Of a stretch of 64,000 nt of DNA, positions 61,403 through 64,000 are shown in pieces. The position numbers and the translations under genes were made by a program. Positions within the stretch are counted from its first letter, which is position 1. Each line of letters opens with the position of its first letter. The notes below the pieces were generated by a model. The model worked only from the letters and a program-made list of their open reading frames with translations, did no database searches and was not told the DNA's origin. Origin of the DNA: an uncultured Candidatus Saccharibacteria bacterium (GTDB lineage Bacteria > Patescibacteriota > Minisyncoccia > Phycocordibacterales > UBA12088); assembly GCA_964531785.1 (NCBI GenBank), contig CAZHFF010000001.1, positions 84,338 through 148,337 of the forward strand. Reading direction: 5' to 3'.

Positions 61403-61811
61403 GTGGAGATGGCGGGTATCGAACCCGCGTCCAACGAGAATTCTGAGAAATGCTCTACAGGTTTAGACTGTTTTTTCCGCGCAAGGCGGATCCAAGAAGG
61501 GTAGGGCGAAACAGACAAAATCTACCCGTCCGGCCATGCTTGGTCTCGATGTCTGTGGTGATGGTAACCGGTCGACGTCAGAGCCGAATGGTATTACACC
61601 GAGTTCCGCGTATCGGCGTCAAACGGAACCGATGGCAAGGCGTAACTGTTTAGGTTAGGCCATTGCGAAGCCAAGGTCTTTCATCTGGAAAGGTGAAAGG
61701 ATGGCCCGTGCGGTTTTTTCTGCACGTATCTTTTTCCAGAGTTTTACGACTTCCTGGAGGTCGACCTGCACATTTCAAAGAACGATCCCGCTGTCTAAGC
61801 CGGTCATCCCC
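61403..61811 (-). ncRNA. ssrA: tmRNA (ssrA).
   Basis: 5' GGGGAUGACCGGCUUAGACAGCGGG. The 3' end is ...GACGCGGGUUCGAUACCCGCCAUCUCCACC. The GGGGAUG/CAUCUCC acceptor stem has a G3:U70 pair. T-loop UUCGAUA. The resume codon GCA is at nt 89, and the candidate tag AEKTARAILSPFQMKDLGFAMA ends at a UAA. The terminal A of CCA is not encoded. Confidence 0.85.
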
Positions 61812-62073
61812 CTGGAAGATATGAATTTCTGTACTGTATCGTGCGGTGCAGTACGTATTCACATGCTCTAGGGAGCTGGCCAAACCTACATCACAAACAC
61901 AAAATTTCAAGCTCCAAACACATCAGGTCTCGTGTTCAGCGTTCTGGTGTGCGTATTGGGTCCAGAACACCAGTATTATACACGAAAGGGCCTTGTATCT
62001 CTTACATTCGGTCCTGTGAGTGGGGCGGGAGCGTAGCGCTCCCGCACGCTATTCTTTGGAGAGGCGCGGCGTA

Positions 62074-62520
62074 TTAGCCTTCTTCCTCCTCATCTTCATC
62101 GCATGTACACGGCAGCACGTGTTTGCCGCAGAGGCATGCGAACCAGGCCTCCGCCGGTTCGATGACGCCGCGGAGCATAGCGTACTCATCATCGTCAAGG
62201 ATCCGCGGTTCCTCGGCATCATAGCGGTCATCCGCGAATACTGCTCGCAGGAGCTGGTCCTGCACAACGTCGGGGTCCTCTGCAGAACCACGCGGTGGTC
62301 GGAGGAGCCCCTTGAGTTTCCTCGTGGCGTTCTTGACCTTTTTTAAGCGGGTCAAGCTGATGCCGACCTCGGCACCGCACGCGTGCGCGTACGCGACCGG
62401 ACGCTCTGCTGTGCCTTCAAAAACAGCAGTCGCAAGATACTGAAGCGCACGCTCGCGCGCTTCACCGTGCAGGGCGAGTTCGTCCACAGCACGGTCGCAA
62501 TTGGTGACGCAACAGTCCAT
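62074..62520 (-). CDS. Hypothetical Cys-rich acidic protein encoded between smpB and ssrA.
   Basis: AAGGAGG sits 8 nt before the ATG of MDCCVTNCDRAVDEL. Cys clusters CCVTNC and CLCGKHVLPCTC. Acidic C-terminus DEDEEEEG. The tool's longer ORF begins at a GTG. Confidence 0.45.
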   Translation of the reverse strand: MDCCVTNCDRAVDELALHGEARERALQYLATAVFEGTAERPVAYAHACGAEVGISLTRLKKVKNATRKLKGLLRPPRGSAEDPDVVQDQLLRAVFADDRYDAEEPRILDDDEYAMLRGVIEPAEAWFACLCGKHVLPCTCDEDEEEEG

Positions 62521-62617
62521 AGAGACATTCCTCCTTTCTGGTACGGCCATTCCGTACCCTCTCACAAGATCGAATATGTAGCTGTAAAGGTTCAGTTCAA
62601 GTTCCCTCCGTACCTAC

Positions 62618-63073
62618 CTATCGCAGCCGTTGCTTGTGCTCGCGGCGCACCTCGCGTTCGACATCGCGGCGTTTGATATCCTCACGCTTGTCGTACTTCT
62701 TCTTACCGCGTGCTATCGCGAACTCGAGCTTGAGCCTGTTACTCCCACTATTGTACACCATAATAGGCACGTATGTCAACCCTTTCTGCGATTCCGCGCC
62801 GAGGAGCCGACTGAGCTCCTTCTTGGTAAGCAAAAGCCGCCTGGGGCGCTCGGCATCATATGCTTTCGCTGTATTGGCCGGCTGATAGGGCTCGATCGAG
62901 GCGTTCACGAGGTACGCTTCACCGCCGCGCACGATAACATGTGCACCCTCAAGCTTGCCGCGTCCCCTACGGAGACTCTTCACCTCGTGGCCCATGAGCT
63001 CGAGCCCTGCGCTGAACTTCTCGAGGAGCTCATAGTCCACTCCGGCCTTCTTGTTCCTTATCAACATGCTCAT
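62618..63073 (-). CDS. smpB: SsrA-binding protein SmpB.
   Basis: MSMLIRNKKAGVDYELLEKFSAGLELMGHEVKSLR N-terminus typical of SmpB, basic C-terminal tail, AAGGAG Shine-Dalgarno. The listed 439-aa ORF is antisense to the antiporter gene except for this 3' part. Confidence 0.9.
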   Translation of the reverse strand: MSMLIRNKKAGVDYELLEKFSAGLELMGHEVKSLRRGRGKLEGAHVIVRGGEAYLVNASIEPYQPANTAKAYDAERPRRLLLTKKELSRLLGAESQKGLTYVPIMVYNSGSNRLKLEFAIARGKKKYDKREDIKRRDVEREVRREHKQRLR

Positions 63074-63118
63074 GGCTCCTTGAATATACCAGAAAACGTG
63101 GCGTGCTACGATAGACCT

Positions 63119-64000
63119 ATGGAGCAGCTCTGGGCCTTCTTTCTCGTTCTGTTTGTCGGCGTGTTCGCGAGCACGCTCCTGCGCCGGTTCCACGTCCCCT
63201 GGGTCGTTGCGCTCTTGGTTGCCGGCTCGCTCGTCGGCGGGCACGGGCTCGGGCTTGTGCCAAGGTCCGAGGTCATCACCGTCATCGCCGAGATCGGTCT
63301 CGTATTTCTCATGTTCATGGCGGGTCTCGAGACCCGACTCTCTTCGTTTGCGGCCTACACGCGGGATATCGCCACCCACGCGCTCTTTCATGCCGCTGTG
63401 CCGTTCTCGGTAGGTGTCGGACTTGCGTACCTGCTGTCGTTCACGTTCATCGAGGCGATCATTCTTGGCATCGTGCTTATGTCGAGTTCGGTCGCGGTGA
63501 TCGTGCCCGCGCTCGAGTCGGAAGGGATCATCGCGAGCAAGCTCGGCCGCATCATTGTTGCGTCGGCGATCCTCGTCGACGCGTTGTCGCTCATCGCACT
63601 TGCGGCGCTGCTCGATGTGCGCGCGGGCGGCATGCTCCTGCCTGCATACCTCTTCTACCCGCTCCTCGTCGGTGTCCTCGTGACGCTTCGGTGGACACTG
63701 CCGCGCGTTGAAACCTTGCTCGCAGGGAATAGCGGGCTGGTGGACGATCAGCCGGTGCGCGCCACGATAGCGATATCGCTCGGAACCGCGGTGCTGTTCA
63801 GCATACTGGGTCTCAACCCGATCCTCGGCGGGTTTTTCGCCGGTCTGGTCCTTTCTGACACCATCCGGGACCCCATCATCGTGGGTAAGCTCCATGCTGT
63901 GGCCTACGGCGTATTCATTCCGGCGTTCTTTGTTCACGTCGGGATGGAGACCGATCTTTTTGCGCTCACCGACCTCAACGCCGGACTCTGGTTCGCGCTC
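63119..64000 (+). CDS. Monovalent cation:proton antiporter (CPA1/CPA2, Kef/Nha-type), 3'-truncated by the window end.
   Basis: Hand-translated open frame from the ATG at 63119 to the window end. Polytopic, with VVALLVAGSLVGGHGLGLV, VIAEIGLVFLMFMAGLETRL and GGFFAGLVLSD motifs. Not in the ORF table because no stop occurs in the window. Confidence 0.75.
   Translation, partial: MEQLWAFFLVLFVGVFASTLLRRFHVPWVVALLVAGSLVGGHGLGLVPRSEVITVIAEIGLVFLMFMAGLETRLSSFAAYTRDIATHALFHAAVPFSVGVGLAYLLSFTFIEAIILGIVLMSSSVAVIVPALESEGIIASKLGRIIVASAILVDALSLIALAALLDVRAGGMLLPAYLFYPLLVGVLVTLRWTLPRVETLLAGNSGLVDDQPVRATIAISLGTAVLFSILGLNPILGGFFAGLVLSDTIRDPIIVGKLHAVAYGVFIPAFFVHVGMETDLFALTDLNAGLWFAL

Larger units (their letters stand above)
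58803..61410. mobile_element. Low-GC ~2.6 kb islet inserted at the 3' end of the tmRNA gene, bounded by perfect 29-bp direct repeats. No integrase.
   Basis: GCGTGCACGTTTTCGTAATCGGTGGAGAT occurs at 58803..58831 and 61382..61410. The last 8 nt of each copy are the tmRNA 3' terminus. The interior from about 58850 to 60990 is visibly AT-richer than the flanks and carries two minus-strand genes plus a TIR-bounded 364-bp element. Confidence 0.6.

Noticed and set aside
62618-63937. 439-aa minus-strand ORF
   Set aside because: Only its 3' 456 nt (62618..63073) look like a real protein (SmpB, with its own Shine-Dalgarno and ATG). The rest is antisense to the cation:proton antiporter gene that runs to the window end.

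Overview
High-GC (roughly 60% by eye) bacterial window with dense coding on both strands. Two signatures recur: an extended -10-like box TGGTATACT sits about 6 nt before many start codons, which suggests leaderless mRNAs, and an AT-rich palindromic repeat family marks several intergenic regions.

Content, in order:
- A giant 5'-truncated surface protein of more than 2400 aa (1..7299), made of three ~800-aa tandem repeats and a C-terminal DUF2341-like module.
- A run of secreted or membrane-anchored hypothetical proteins (7408..11276).
- Housekeeping genes: P-type Ca2+ ATPase, trehalase, an ABC ATPase plus FtsX-type permease, pyrD, ppsA, D-2-hydroxyacid dehydrogenase, enolase, class II RNR, a short hinge-less SMC-like ATPase, cyclophilin, RNase R, peroxiredoxin, pcm, an AI-2E transporter, a pseudouridine synthase.
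- A five-gene cell-surface cluster (23785..29754) in which three proteins carry cohesin-like modules and two carry canonical dockerin repeats. This looks like a non-cellulolytic cohesin-dockerin surface scaffold.
- An smpB / Cys-rich ORF / ssrA (tmRNA) arrangement on the minus strand.
- Immediately 3' of the tmRNA gene, a low-GC ~2.6 kb islet (58803..61410) flanked by perfect 29-bp direct repeats that duplicate the tmRNA 3' end. It carries a NAGPA-like phosphodiester glycosidase and a Zn-ribbon NUDIX hydrolase, has no integrase, and contains a 364-bp MITE-like element with ~48-bp terminal inverted repeats.

No CRISPR array, rRNA gene or tRNA gene was found.
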